Of a stretch of DNA of 64,000 nt, positions 30,569-40,726 are shown one piece after another (the stretch's first letter is position 1; each line of letters opens with the position of its first letter). The notes beneath the pieces are model-generated. The model had not been told where the DNA came from. It was given only the letters and a program-made list of their open reading frames with translations, and did no database searches. The position numbers and the translations under genes are program-made. Origin of the DNA: an uncultured Acidobacteriota bacterium (GTDB lineage: Bacteria > Acidobacteriota > Vicinamibacteria > Fen-336). The stretch covers positions 45,052 through 109,051 of the forward strand of contig CAWFSB010000039.1 in NCBI GenBank assembly GCA_963818355.1. Reading direction: 5' to 3'.

Positions 30569-30598
30569 TTGCGGACACGGCCTCCGGGCCGATAGACT
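30569..30598 (+). promoter_or_regulatory. candidate promoter TTGCGG-N18-TAGACT for the GH42 gene (near-leaderless)
   Basis: TTGCGG at 30569-30574, an 18-nt spacer, TAGACT at 30593-30598. Only 9 nt separate it from GTG 30608, and no SD is present. Confidence 0.4.
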
Positions 30599-30607
30599 TT
30601 TCACACC

Positions 30608-32877
30608 GTGTTACGAGCCCTCGCCGTTCTCGTGCTCTGCGCCGCCTCCGCGGTCTCCGCCGCGGCCGCCGACCCCGACGTCTTCCCGATGGCCGTCTGG
30701 TACGGCGGCGGGAAGGCCCGCGCCCCGATGCTCGAGGCCGATCCGCGGGCGAAGAAGGAGGCGTGGCGCCGCGACCTCAGGCAGATCAAGGCCCTCGGCT
30801 TCAACACCATCCGGTGCTGGATCGACTGGGCGAGCGGCGAGCCCTCGCCCGGCGCAGTACCGCCTCGACACCCTCGACGTGCTGCTCTCACTCGCCGAGG
30901 AGGAGGGGCTGAAGGTCGTCGTCCAGGTCTACATGGACTCGGCGCCCGAGTGGGTGGGGCGGCAGCACCCGGACTCGCTCTTCGTCAGCTCGAACGGCCA
31001 GGCGATCCGGCCCGAGTCCTCGCCGGGCTACTGCCTGGACCACCCCGGCGTGCGCCAGGCCGACCTCGCCTTCTACGAGGCGGTGGCGCGCCGCGCCGGC
31101 GCGAGCCCCGCCTTCCTCGGCTTCGACCTGTGGAGCGAGCCCCACGTCATCAACTGGGCGAACCCGACCTACATCCAGAACCCCGAGTTCTGCTTCTGCC
31201 GCAACACGGTCGCGCGCTTCCGCGAGTGGCTGAAGAAGAAGTACGGCACGCTCGACGCGCTGAACGCCGCGTGGTACCGCCGCTACGCGTCCTGGGACGA
31301 GGTCGAGCCGAACCGGCTCAGCACCATCCTCTCGTACACCGACTACATCGACTGGAAGCGGTTCATCGCCGACAAGCTCGGGGAGGACCTGCGCGCGCGG
31401 TACGAGGCGGCGAAGCGCGGCGCCCCCGATCGCGTGGCGACGAGCCACGCCGCGGGCGTCGGGCTCTTCTCCTCGCCGCACTACTGGGAGGGGCAGTCGG
31501 ACGACTGGACGATGGCGGCGCAGGTCGACTACTACGGGACGTCCTTCTACCCGAAGCACTCGGCCTTCGTGGACCGCGACGTCGAGTGGCGGGGCGCTCT
31601 GCTCGACTTCGCGCGCTCGTTCGGCTTCGCGAACGGCGGGGCGCGGCTTCTGGATCGGCGAGCTGCAGGGCGGCTTCGGCACGATCGCGCTCAACGTCAG
31701 CCCGACCGTGACCCCGGAGGACCTGCGGGTCTGGACGTGGAGCGCGCTCGCGCGCGGGGCGAAGGCGATCTGCACCTACGCGTACTACCCGATGAGCACC
31801 GGCTACGAGTCGGGCGGCTTCGGGCTGATCCGGCTCGACGGGACGCTCACCGAGCGCGCGCGCGTGGCCGGGCGGGATCGCGCGGCTCGTGGGACGAGCA
31901 CTCGGCGCTCTTCCAGGCGGCCCGCCCGCTGCGCTCCGAGGTGGCGGTCGTCTACAACCCGCTCGCCCACTTCGTCGGCGGCCGGCAGCGCGCGACCGCC
32001 TACGCCGGGCCGCAGGGCGAGGTGGCCGGCATCGAGCGCGACTCGCTGCTCGGCGTCTACCGCGCGCTCTTCCCGACGAACGTGCCGCTCGACTTCGTGC
32101 ACGCCGACCACCTGAAGGCGGGCGATCTCGCGGCCTACAAGCTCGTGGTGCTGCCGTACCCGTTGATGATGCCGGCGGCGGCCGCCGCCGAGCTGCGCGA
32201 GTACGTGCGCGCGGGCGGCGCGCTCGTGGTCGAGGCGCGCGCGGGCTGGAACGACGAGCGCGGGTCGCGCCGCGGAGACGATCCCCGGCCTCGGCCTGGC
32301 CGAGGTGGTCGGCGCGCGCGAGACGGACGTGCAGACGGTGGAGAAGGGCAAGGCGGCGCTGCGGGCCGAGGAGGGGCTGCCGGGGCTGAAGCCCGGCGAG
32401 GTGCTGCCGGGCCGCTGGTACGAGGAGACGCTCGAGCCCATCGCCCCGGGCGCGCGTGTCGTGGCCCGCTTCGCGAGCGGCGCCCCGGCCGCCGTCGCCT
32501 CGCCGTTCGGCAAGGGCAAGGCGCTGATGCTCGGCTCGTACGTGAGCGCGGGCTACGTCAGCCAGCCGGAGGAGGCGGGGCGCCGGTTCTTCGACGGGCT
32601 TCTCGACTGGGCCGGCGTGCGCCGGCCGGTGGCCGTCGACCGGCGATCCCGTCGAGGTGCGGCTGCTGCAGTCCGGCCGCGAGCACCTGGCCTTCGTCTT
32701 CAACCACGCCGCGACGCCGGCCACGACCACGGTCACGCTGCGCGTGCCCCTCGACGGGCGTACCGTCGTCGACCTCGGCAGCGGCGAAGCCGCGGCGGTC
32801 GCTCCGGCCACGGGCGGCTTCGAGTGGCGCGGCACGATCCCCCCGCGCGACGTCCGCGTGCTGCGCATCGCCGCTGA
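30608..32877 (+). CDS. GH42-family beta-galactosidase-like glycoside hydrolase (about 5 frame disruptions: ~30855, ~31645, ~31870, ~32270, ~32640; 3' end uncertain)
   Basis: Signal peptide MLRALAVLVLCAASAVSAAAA. FNTIRCWIDWASGEP, GLKVVVQVYMDSAPEW, GFDLWSEPH, ARFREWLKKKYGTLDALNAAW, WIGELQGG. The trimerisation and C-terminal parts are spread over ORFs 30608.., 30879.., 31708.., 32305.. and 32657... Confidence 0.75.
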
Positions 32878-32894
32878 GGGCGTCCGCGGGCCCG

Positions 32895-33663
32895 TCAGAC
32901 CGCGCCCCCGGCGTCTCGCTCGGCAGCTTCATCTTCAGGTTCCGGAACTCGATCCGCCAGCCCTCGGCCTCCAGGCCGAAGTGGCCGCGCGACACGCCGA
33001 TCGGGATCTCGCTCGTGAACGCGCCGTTGACCCAGAGCGAGAGCGTGCGGCCGCGGGCCGACGACCTCGTAGGTGTTCCACTCGCCGGCGGGGAGCACCC
33101 TCTGGGCCGCGGGCTCCTGCGTGACTCGCTTCACGACGCCGTCCACCGGCGTCGGGCCGAAGAGGAACCCGCCCTTGAGGCCCACCTGGGCCTGGTGCCA
33201 CACGCTGAGGTCGACCGCGGTACGCACGATGACGCCGCTGTTGTACTTGTCGGCGCCTTCCACTGGCGCGAAGCGCCACTCGACGTGGAACACCGCGTCG
33301 CCCGTCTCCTGGTCGTAGCGGAGCCACTCGTGCCCGCCCTGGCCGTCGCAGACGAGGTGGCCGGTGGCGGGGTCGACCGACCACTGTTGCGGGCCCAGGG
33401 TGGCGGAGGGGGGCCAGGGCCCGCGCGTCCAGCCCGCGAGGTCCGGCCCCGGCTGGACGCTGGTCCAGCCCGCGGGAGAGGACTCGAGAAGGCTCCGCGC
33501 CTCGCGAAGAGGAGCCGGGGGGAGCGTGATCCGCTCCATCGGCATCGGAGCCGGTCGGTGCCTGTGCGAGTGCGGCCGCGGCGCCGGTGGCGACGGCGGC
33601 CAGGCCGACCGCCGCCAGCATCGCGCGCCGCCGGCGCGTGGAAACGAGCGCTCGTCCGATCAT
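32895..33663 (-). CDS. Tat-exported DUF1080 (3-keto-disaccharide hydrolase family) protein (2-3 frame disruptions: ~33545, ~33050, near the stop)
   Basis: AAGGAG is 7 nt upstream of ATG 33663. MIGRALVSTRRRRAMLAAVGLAAVATGAAAALA signal. GWTSVQPG...WSVDPATGHLVCDG...DAVFHVEWRF...NSGVIVR...EWNTYEVV, then GHFGLEAEGWRIEFRNLKMK in the ORF 32558..32995 frame. Confidence 0.7.
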
Positions 33664-33677
33664 GGGGCGACTCCTTG

Positions 33678-34298
33678 CTATGGGCGCGGCCGCAGCCGCT
33701 GGACCGGCATGGGGCGACCGGCGAAGCCCACCTGGCCATAGGGGACGAGGCGCCGGCGCAGGGGAGCGGGGAGCGTCTCGGCCGCGGACGGCGTGAGCAG
33801 CACCTCCCCCGGCCGCGCCAGGTCCTCCCCGAGCTTGGACGCGAGGTTCACCTCGAGGCCGAACACGTCTTCCTCCAGCTCGAGGACCTGGCCGAAGCCG
33901 ATGCCGTAGCTGAAGGCCAGCTGCTCGTTCGTCGGTCGGCCCCGGTTGACCCGGCGCAGGGCCTTCTCCATCGAGTCGACGCCGCGGCAAGCCGACGGCG
34001 GGTCCGGGAAGGCGAGCATCAGGCTGTCGGCCTCGACCTTGACCACGCGCCCCCCGTGTCGCGTGATCCCGGGGCGCAGCTGGCGCAGCGCGCGGTCGAA
34101 GCACATGAGGAAGTGCAGGATCCCGTCGCGCGCGGCGCGGTGGGTGAAGTCGTCGGTGTCGGTGTAGACGATGGCGAGCGGGCGGGCGAGGACGCCGAGG
34201 CCGCGCGCGTCGAGGGCGGGCCGGCGCTCGGGCGTCGTGAGCTCGCGGCGCCTCAGGATCGACCGCAGCCGCCGTGTCCGGGGACCGCTCCCGCTCAC
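33678..34298 (-). CDS. minimal class III adenylate/guanylate cyclase (catalytic domain only, 206 aa)
   Basis: ORF 33678..34298 is intact. Cyclase homology domain pattern AIVYTDTDDFT, GRVVKVEADSLMLAF, YGIGFGQVLELEEDVFGLEVNLASKLGEDLARPGEVLLT. Confidence 0.75.
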   Translation of the reverse strand: MSGSGPRTRRLRSILRRRELTTPERRPALDARGLGVLARPLAIVYTDTDDFTHRAARDGILHFLMCFDRALRQLRPGITRHGGRVVKVEADSLMLAFPDPPSACRGVDSMEKALRRVNRGRPTNEQLAFSYGIGFGQVLELEEDVFGLEVNLASKLGEDLARPGEVLLTPSAAETLPAPLRRRLVPYGQVGFAGRPMPVQRLRPRP

Positions 34299-34308
34299 CC
34301 TGGTGTCC

Positions 34309-35211
34309 TCAGTCGAAGAACGGGAAGAGCCGGCGCAGGTCGGCCTCGCTCGGCTGCCGGCCGTACTCGCAGACCTCGAAGGCCTCGGCGTTCTTCACCG
34401 CATCGGCCCGCGGCCCGTACCGCTTCCGCAGCGCCGCCCGCACGTCCTCGGCGATCGGCCGGCCGCTCCGCTGTTGCTTCAGCCAGGCGAGCCGCGCCGC
34501 GGGGTCCTTCGGCACGGTGTCGAGGACGCCCTCCACCCAGGGGAGCCACTCGTAGACCTGCGACACGTGGGCGTCGAGCGCGCGGATCTTCTGGTCGATG
34601 ACGGGGTCGATGGCGACGGCCACGTCGGGCCGGAACGGGTTCGGCCGCTGGAAGCTGTCCTGGCTGTAGAGGAAGACCGGGTTCTTCCGCAGGGGCGGCG
34701 TGTCGGGGCAGACGTTGGGCACCACCACCATGTACGCGGTGTCCTGCACGAGGACGCCGGTGTAGCGGTGGTCCGGGTGGTAGTCGTTCGGCCGCGGGGC
34801 GATCACCACGTCCGCGTTCCACCGGCGGATGCGACGGATGACCTCCTGCCGCACCGCGAGCGTGGGCTCGAGCTCGCCGTCGTGGTTGTCGAGCACTTCG
34901 TACTCGGCGATGCCGAACCGGCGCCCCGCCTCCTGGGCCTCGGCGCGCCGCCGGCGCGCGAGCGCCCCTCCGCCCTCCGACTGGTGGCCGGCGTCGCCGT
35001 TCGTCACCGAGACGAACTTGACCTGGTGCCCCTTCGCCGCCCAGAGGGCGGCGGTGCCCCCGGCGTCGAGGTCGCAGTCGTCCGGGTGGGCGCCGAAGAC
35101 GATGACGCGCAGGGGCGCCTCGGCGGCGGGCGCCGCCACCGCCGCGAGGAGGAGGGCGATGGCCGCGAGCGCGAGGGCGGCCGGGCGTGTCCGGTTTCCG
35201 GTGTCGAGCAT
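34309..35211 (-). CDS. PIG-L/LmbE-family deacetylase (exported)
   Basis: GGAGGA is 5 nt upstream of ATG 35211. Signal-like N-terminus, then VIVFGAHPDDCDLDAGG and PNDYHPDHR motifs. Intact inside ORF 34309..35448. Confidence 0.8.
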   Translation of the reverse strand: MLDTGNRTRPAALALAAIALLLAAVAAPAAEAPLRVIVFGAHPDDCDLDAGGTAALWAAKGHQVKFVSVTNGDAGHQSEGGGALARRRRAEAQEAGRRFGIAEYEVLDNHDGELEPTLAVRQEVIRRIRRWNADVVIAPRPNDYHPDHRYTGVLVQDTAYMVVVPNVCPDTPPLRKNPVFLYSQDSFQRPNPFRPDVAVAIDPVIDQKIRALDAHVSQVYEWLPWVEGVLDTVPKDPAARLAWLKQQRSGRPIAEDVRAALRKRYGPRADAVKNAEAFEVCEYGRQPSEADLRRLFPFFD

Positions 35212-35228
35212 CGATTCCTCCGTGAGCC

Positions 35229-36022
35229 TCAGGGCAGCGTGTCGAGAACGCGTTTCTTCGCGAACGGGTCCACCTCGAGGGCGACGGCGAAGCGCTTGCC
35301 GGCCACCGCGCCGCGCACGCGAGCGAGGGCCTCGTAGTACTCGAGGTAGGGGAAGGACGAGATCCCGCCGCGGATGAACTCGTAGCGAGGTGACCGCCGC
35401 CTTCCAGGCGGCGAGGTCCTCGCTCACGTCCACGTACAGGTAGGGCACGAAGCCCTCGGCGTCCTCCCAGTTGTCGGCGTAGTAGACGCCGCGGAGGCCG
35501 CGGTGGCGCGGGTGAGCCGACTCGAACCCCTCGAGGGAGGCGAGCGAGCACCGCCGCGTTCACGATGCGGTGCGCCGCCTCGTGGTCGGGGTGCAGGCTC
35601 GCCTTCCAGTGGGTGACGACGTGGGTCGGCTTCACCTGCCGGATGACGTCGGCCACGAAGCGCGCGGCCTCCTCGGTGTCCCGCAGCTCGCCGTCCTTCC
35701 AGGGGCCGAAGAGCACCTCGGCCCCGAGCGCCTTCGCCGCCGCGAGGGCCTCGCGCTTCTTCTGCTCGCCGTAGGCGGCCGGGCTCAGCTTCGGGTTGCC
35801 GCCCTCGCCGAGCGTGAGGTGCAGCATCACGACGCGGTCGCCGAGCCGCTGGTGACGGGCGAGGAGGGCGCCGGTCGTGATCTCGGCGTCCCCGGCGTGG
35901 GCGCCGATCGACAGCACGGTCCGATCGGCCGCCGGCGCGAGAGCGGCGCACGCGGCGAGAGCGGCGGCCACGGCCAGGGCGCGGAGCGGGGGCGGGGGCG
36001 GGGAAGGGGCACCGGCCGGCAT
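35229..36022 (-). CDS. PIG-L/LmbE-family deacetylase, second copy (2 frame disruptions: ~35540, ~35380)
   Basis: MPAGAPSPPPPPLRALAVAAALAACAALAPA signal. LSIGAHAGDAEITTG, HWKASLHPDH. The C-terminal parts lie in other frames and end ...KRVLDTLP* at TGA 35231-35229. The start could also be 36043. Confidence 0.65.
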
Positions 36023-36134
36023 TCTAGCGCCCGCGGGCGGCACTCGATAGCGGGATACGCAGGTCCCAGGTCGTGGGGAGGATGCTCCATTGATCGGCGC
36101 CGTCTTCGTGGGCTAGCCTCGCCGGGATTGTGAT

Positions 36135-38804
36135 GTGGCTCTCGCTCCCGGCGCCGTCCTCTCCTCGCTCCTGGCCGTGGCGCCGCTGGCCTCGACCGTG
36201 CTCGGCCCCGGGGCGGCACGCGCCCAGGAAGCGCCGGCCCCGGCTGCCGGCGCGAACCCGTTCGGCCGCAAGTACCCGGCCCGCGTGTACGAGACCCGCC
36301 GCCTCCTGGGAAGGCCGCCCGAGATCGACGGCCGCCTCGACGACGACGCCTGGAAGCTGGGTGACTGGGCGGGCGGCTTCACCCAGCAGATCCCGACCGA
36401 GGGCGCGCCGCCCTCGCAGACGACCGAGCTCAAGATCCTCTACGACGACCGGAACGTCTACTTCGCGATCCGCGCCCACGACGACCCGGCGAAGGTGCAC
36501 CGCTATCCCGGGCGCCGCGACGCCTTCACGGGCGACATCGTCGGCGTGTGCTTCGACAGCTACAACAGCAAGCAGACCGGATTCGAGTTCGACCTCACCG
36601 CCGGGGGCAGCAAGATCGACCTCATCCTCGGAAACGGCGAGACCGAGTGGGACACCACGTGGGACCCCGTGTGGGACGGCAAGGTCGCCCACGACGAGAA
36701 GGGCTGGACGGCCGAGTTCCGCGTGCCCCTCAACCAGCTGCGCTTCGGTCCGCAGGACGCCCAGGTCTGGGGCCTCCACGCCTGGCGCTGGATCGACCGC
36801 AACCAGGAGGAGGACCAGTGGCAGCTCATCCCGCGGAAGAACACCGGGCGGATGTACCAGCTCGGTGAGCTGCACGGCATTCGCGACCTGCCCCGCCCGC
36901 GTCACCTCGAGCTGATGCCCTTCGCGCTGGCGAAGGCCAGCTCGGGCCCGTCCGTCCCCGGCGAAGGGACAGACGGCACGGGCGCCGTCGGCCTCGACGC
37001 GAAGGTGGGCCTCAGCTCGAACTTCACCCTCGACGCCACCGTGAACCCGGACTTCGGCCAGGTGGAGGCGGACCCGTCCGTCGTCAACCTCACCGCGTAC
37101 GAGACCTTCTACGAGGAGAAGCGGCCCTTCTTCCTCGAGGGGCGGAAGATCCTCGCGTTCGAGGTCGAGGACGAGGACCAGCTCTTCTACTCGCGGCGCA
37201 TCGGCGCGCCGCCCTCCGGGGCGCCCCTCCTCGGGCCCGAGGAGGAGATGACGAGCCTCCCGGACAGCACCACGATTCTCGGCGCGTTCAAGGTGACGGG
37301 CCGGACCGACGGTGGCTTGTCGGTCGCCGGGCTGCAGGCGTTCACCCAGAAGGAGACGGTGTCCGTGACGTCGCCCCTCGGCCAGCGCGACGCCGTGGTC
37401 GAGCCGTTCGGCAGCTTCACGGCCGGCCGCCTCCACAAGGACTGGGACAAGGGCAACACCAGCCTGGGCGGCATGCTGACCTCCACCCACCGGTGGGTCG
37501 GCGATTCCGCGGTCGCCTTCCTGCCGACCCAGGCCACCACGGGCGGGATCGACTTCACCCGCCACTTCGCCAACCGCGAGTGGGTGCTCGAGGCGAACGG
37601 CGTCGCGAGCCGCGTGACGGGCGACCCCGCGGCGATCCTCGCCCTGCAGACGAACGCGGTCCACTTCTACCAGCGGCCCGACGCGGGCCACCTCGGTGTC
37701 GACCCGAACGCCACCTCGCTCTCCGGCCACGGCGGCATGGTGCGCTTCGGCCGCTCCGACACCAGCCGGCTGCGTCTCACCGACCACTTCCACTGGTACT
37801 CGCCGGGGCTCGACCTGAACGACGTCGGCTTCCTCCGCCAGGCCGACCTGATCGCCAACCAGGTGTTCCTCGGCTGGTCGGAGACGGCGCCGAAAGGCGC
37901 CTTCCGCAGCTACTCGGTCCAGCTCGCCCGCGAGGACCAGTGGGACTTCGGCGGCCTCAAGACGCTCACGCAAACGGAGCTCGAGACCTCCGGCCAGTTC
38001 AAGAACAAGTGGCGCGCGGAGGCGAGCGTCTCGTACCAGGACGTGGTGGACACGCGCATGCTCCGGGGCGGGCCCGCGCTGCGCTACCACGACTACTACG
38101 AGCCGCAGCTCTCCATCGGCAGCGACGACTCGCGGCGTGCCTCCGCGCACGCGCACGGCAGCCACTCCTGGGCGCGCGACGACGACTCGCGGGCCTGGAG
38201 CTCGGGCGTGGGCCTGAACGTCCGGCCGTCGAACCGCCTCTCGTTCTCCGGGTCCGTCTCGTACGAGAAGCTGCTCGACAACCTGCAGTACGTGGCGACC
38301 GCCGATGCGGACGGGGCCCCGCGCTGGGTGCTCGGCCGCATCGACCAGGACACCTGGAACTTCACCTTCCGGGTCAACCTCTCGATCACGCCGGACCTGA
38401 CCGTCCAGTACTACGGGAGCCCGTTCATCGGGACCGGCCGCTACACGGCGTTCAAGAAGGCGACGGACACGCTGGCCCAGGCCAACGCGGACCGCTTCCA
38501 CCTGTTCTCTCCGGACGAGATCGCCTTCCGGGCGGAGGACAACTCCTACGAGGTCACGGAAGCGGGCGGCGGGCCCTCGTACTCCTTCGCCAGCCCCGAC
38601 TTCAGCTTCCGCCAGTTCCGCTCCAACCTCGTCGCGCGGTGGGAGTGGAAGCCGGGGTCCTCGCTCTACGTCGTCTGGTCACAGGGCCGCACCGCCTACG
38701 CTCCGGAGTGGGACGGCTCGTTCAGCTCGAACTGGGACTCGCTCCGGGGGGCGCAGCCCGACAACGTCTTCCTCGTCAAGTTCAGCTACTGGCTTTCGCC
38801 TTAG
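36135..38804 (+). CDS. large exported CBM9-like / DUF5916-like beta-barrel protein
   Basis: ORF 36135..38804 is intact (889 aa, GTG start). Signal peptide. IDGRLDDDAWKLGDWAGGFTQ and ILYDDRNVYFAIRAHD are typical of CBM9-like N-terminal domains. A long beta-rich C-terminal region ends ...LVKFSYWLSP*. Confidence 0.65.
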   Translation: MALAPGAVLSSLLAVAPLASTVLGPGAARAQEAPAPAAGANPFGRKYPARVYETRRLLGRPPEIDGRLDDDAWKLGDWAGGFTQQIPTEGAPPSQTTELKILYDDRNVYFAIRAHDDPAKVHRYPGRRDAFTGDIVGVCFDSYNSKQTGFEFDLTAGGSKIDLILGNGETEWDTTWDPVWDGKVAHDEKGWTAEFRVPLNQLRFGPQDAQVWGLHAWRWIDRNQEEDQWQLIPRKNTGRMYQLGELHGIRDLPRPRHLELMPFALAKASSGPSVPGEGTDGTGAVGLDAKVGLSSNFTLDATVNPDFGQVEADPSVVNLTAYETFYEEKRPFFLEGRKILAFEVEDEDQLFYSRRIGAPPSGAPLLGPEEEMTSLPDSTTILGAFKVTGRTDGGLSVAGLQAFTQKETVSVTSPLGQRDAVVEPFGSFTAGRLHKDWDKGNTSLGGMLTSTHRWVGDSAVAFLPTQATTGGIDFTRHFANREWVLEANGVASRVTGDPAAILALQTNAVHFYQRPDAGHLGVDPNATSLSGHGGMVRFGRSDTSRLRLTDHFHWYSPGLDLNDVGFLRQADLIANQVFLGWSETAPKGAFRSYSVQLAREDQWDFGGLKTLTQTELETSGQFKNKWRAEASVSYQDVVDTRMLRGGPALRYHDYYEPQLSIGSDDSRRASAHAHGSHSWARDDDSRAWSSGVGLNVRPSNRLSFSGSVSYEKLLDNLQYVATADADGAPRWVLGRIDQDTWNFTFRVNLSITPDLTVQYYGSPFIGTGRYTAFKKATDTLAQANADRFHLFSPDEIAFRAEDNSYEVTEAGGGPSYSFASPDFSFRQFRSNLVARWEWKPGSSLYVVWSQGRTAYAPEWDGSFSSNWDSLRGAQPDNVFLVKFSYWLSP

Positions 38805-39095
38805 GGCTGACGCAGCGCAGGGCGTTCTTGCCGCCCGCCGCGAAGGACACCGAGCCGATGCTCACCGTCACCCTCGAGCCGTGCCGGCTCGCGGCCTCCT
38901 CGACGTGGGAGCGCACCTCGACGAGAGCCGCCCGAAGCGCAGCGCAATGCCGAGCACGGGGAGGAAGTAGAGGGGGAAGACGCGCAGCTCGGTGCCGGTG
39001 GCGTAGTCGATGCCGGCGACGGCGACCACGAGGACGGCCGAGACGGCGAGCACGACGGCGGCCGGCGGCTCCCCGGGCCTTCTCACGCCCGCCAT
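38782..39095 (-). pseudogene. possible remnant of a membrane-bound GGDEF-type protein (N-terminal TM segment joined to a GGDEF-like C-terminal tail)
   Basis: MAGVRRPGEPPAAVVLAVSAVLVVAVAGIDYATGTELRVFPLYFLPVLGIALRFG (ORF 38868..39194 frame). After a shift near 38940 it reads AALVEVRSHVEEAASRHGSRVTVSIGSVSFAAGG...AKASS*. The GGDEF core is absent, and the 3' end overlaps the convergent gene by about 20 nt. Confidence 0.3.
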
Positions 39096-39291
39096 TGTGG
39101 CGCGTGGCGTCCGTCGACCCCGTTGGCCCGAAGAAGCCCTCCGGTTTGGCTCATAAGCCCAAGAAATGAGATTTTTACCCTTAATCGCTTGCAACTAAGA
39201 CTAAAACGTGCGAATTTTGCCGTTCATTGGGCCCGCTCCGGTCGGCACGGGAGCTTCCCGTGGGCCGTCGGGACGCTAGCAGAGGAGAGGA

Positions 39292-40726
39292 ATGGACACG
39301 CCGCTTCGCCACTTTCTGGAGATCCCGTACGAGCAGCTGGAGGAGATGAACCTCCAGGCCAAGGCCGACCGCGTGGCCCGCAAGGACCCGGGCAAGATCC
39401 GCGACGCGCGGATGAAGTACCTGACCGACGAGAAGCGCATCAAGGCGGTGACCGTCTGCTTCACCGACCTCGAGGGCCGCTTCCACATGCTCGACTACGA
39501 CAAGAAGTTCCTCCTGAAGTCGGCCGACAACCTCACCTTCGACGGCTCGTCGATCCGCGGCTTCTCCCGCCAGGCCGAGTCGGACCTGCGGCTCGGGCAT
39601 CGACTGGCCGGCCTTCTACTGGCTGCCCGCCGACGTGTTCGGGCCCGGCAAGGTGCTCGTCTTCGGCGACGTCTGCGACCAGGACGGCACGCCGTACGAG
39701 GGCGACCTGCGCGCCCGGCTCAAGGCCTTCGCCGCCGAGCTGGCGAAGAAGGACATGGTGGCCCACGTCGCGAACGAGATCGAAGGGTTCATCTTCAAGG
39801 GACGAGACGCCGAGCGGCGCTACTTCGAGACCGGCCAGTTCGAGTACCCCTCGACCGGCGGCTACTACCACTCGCTGCCCGGGGACACCCTGCGCAAGTT
39901 CATCGACACCTCGGCCGAGGTGCAGCGGGCGCTCGGGTTCGGGAACGAGAAGGACCACCCCGAGGTGGCCCCCTCGCAGTTCGAGATGAACTACGGTTAC
40001 AGCGAGGCCACGGTCGGCGCCGACCAGGTGCAGCTGTACAAGCTGATCGCCCGCCAGGTGGCGGCGCAGATGGACCTGACCGCGTCCTTCCTGCCCAAGC
40101 CGGTGGCCAACGTGAACGGCAACGGCTGCCACACGAACATGTCGATCGCGAAGAAGGGCAAGAACCTCTTCTACGACAAGAAGGGCCAGGACGGGCTCTC
40201 CACCTTCGCCTGGAGCTTCATCAACCGGATCCTGGCGAACGGGAACGACATCTGCCTGATCCTCAACTCCAGCGTGAACTCGTACCGCCGGCTCGACCCG
40301 CACTTCGAGGCCCCGAACCAGATCAAGGTCTCGCCCTCGGACCGCGGCTCGATGATCCGCATCCCGATCGGCAACGAGCGCACCGCCCGCATCGAGGTCC
40401 GCTCGATCGCCCCCGACGCGAACCCGTACCTCGCGATCTACTCGCTCTTCAAGACCGGCCTCGAGGGCCCGGGCAACGGCGACGACAACGACGGCAAGCG
40501 CCAGCGCACGCGCTTCCTGCCCGACAACATCTACGACGCCATCCGCCTCTTCAAGGGCAGCAAGTTCGCGCAGGAGCTGCTGGGCGAGACGGTGCACGAG
40601 AAGTACGCCGAGCTGAAGCTGGCCTCGGCCGAGCGGTGCGCCAAGGCCCTCGGCGCGCGCGTGAAGCGCAGCGAGATCCAGTTCCACCACGAGGTCACGA
40701 ACCAGTACCTCTGGGGGCAGTTCTAG
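39292..40726 (+). CDS. glnA: glutamine synthetase-family protein (frame disrupted near 39600)
   Basis: GAGGAGAGG lies upstream of ATG 39292. The N part is ORF 39292.., the main body ORF 39635..40726. Catalytic patterns FEMNYGYS, FLPKPVANVNGNGCHTNMS, NSYRRL, SMIRIP, RIEVRS. Confidence 0.85.

Noticed and set aside
39213-39291. Glutamine (glnA RNA motif) riboswitch in the leader of the glutamine synthetase-family gene.
   Set aside because: The size and a CGTTC/GGACG closing helix are reminiscent. However, the conserved core nucleotides as I remember them (GGAAGUAGG-like and AAGGAACG-like segments) are absent. That motif is also known mainly from cyanobacteria and marine metagenomes. I kept the region only as a generic structured leader.
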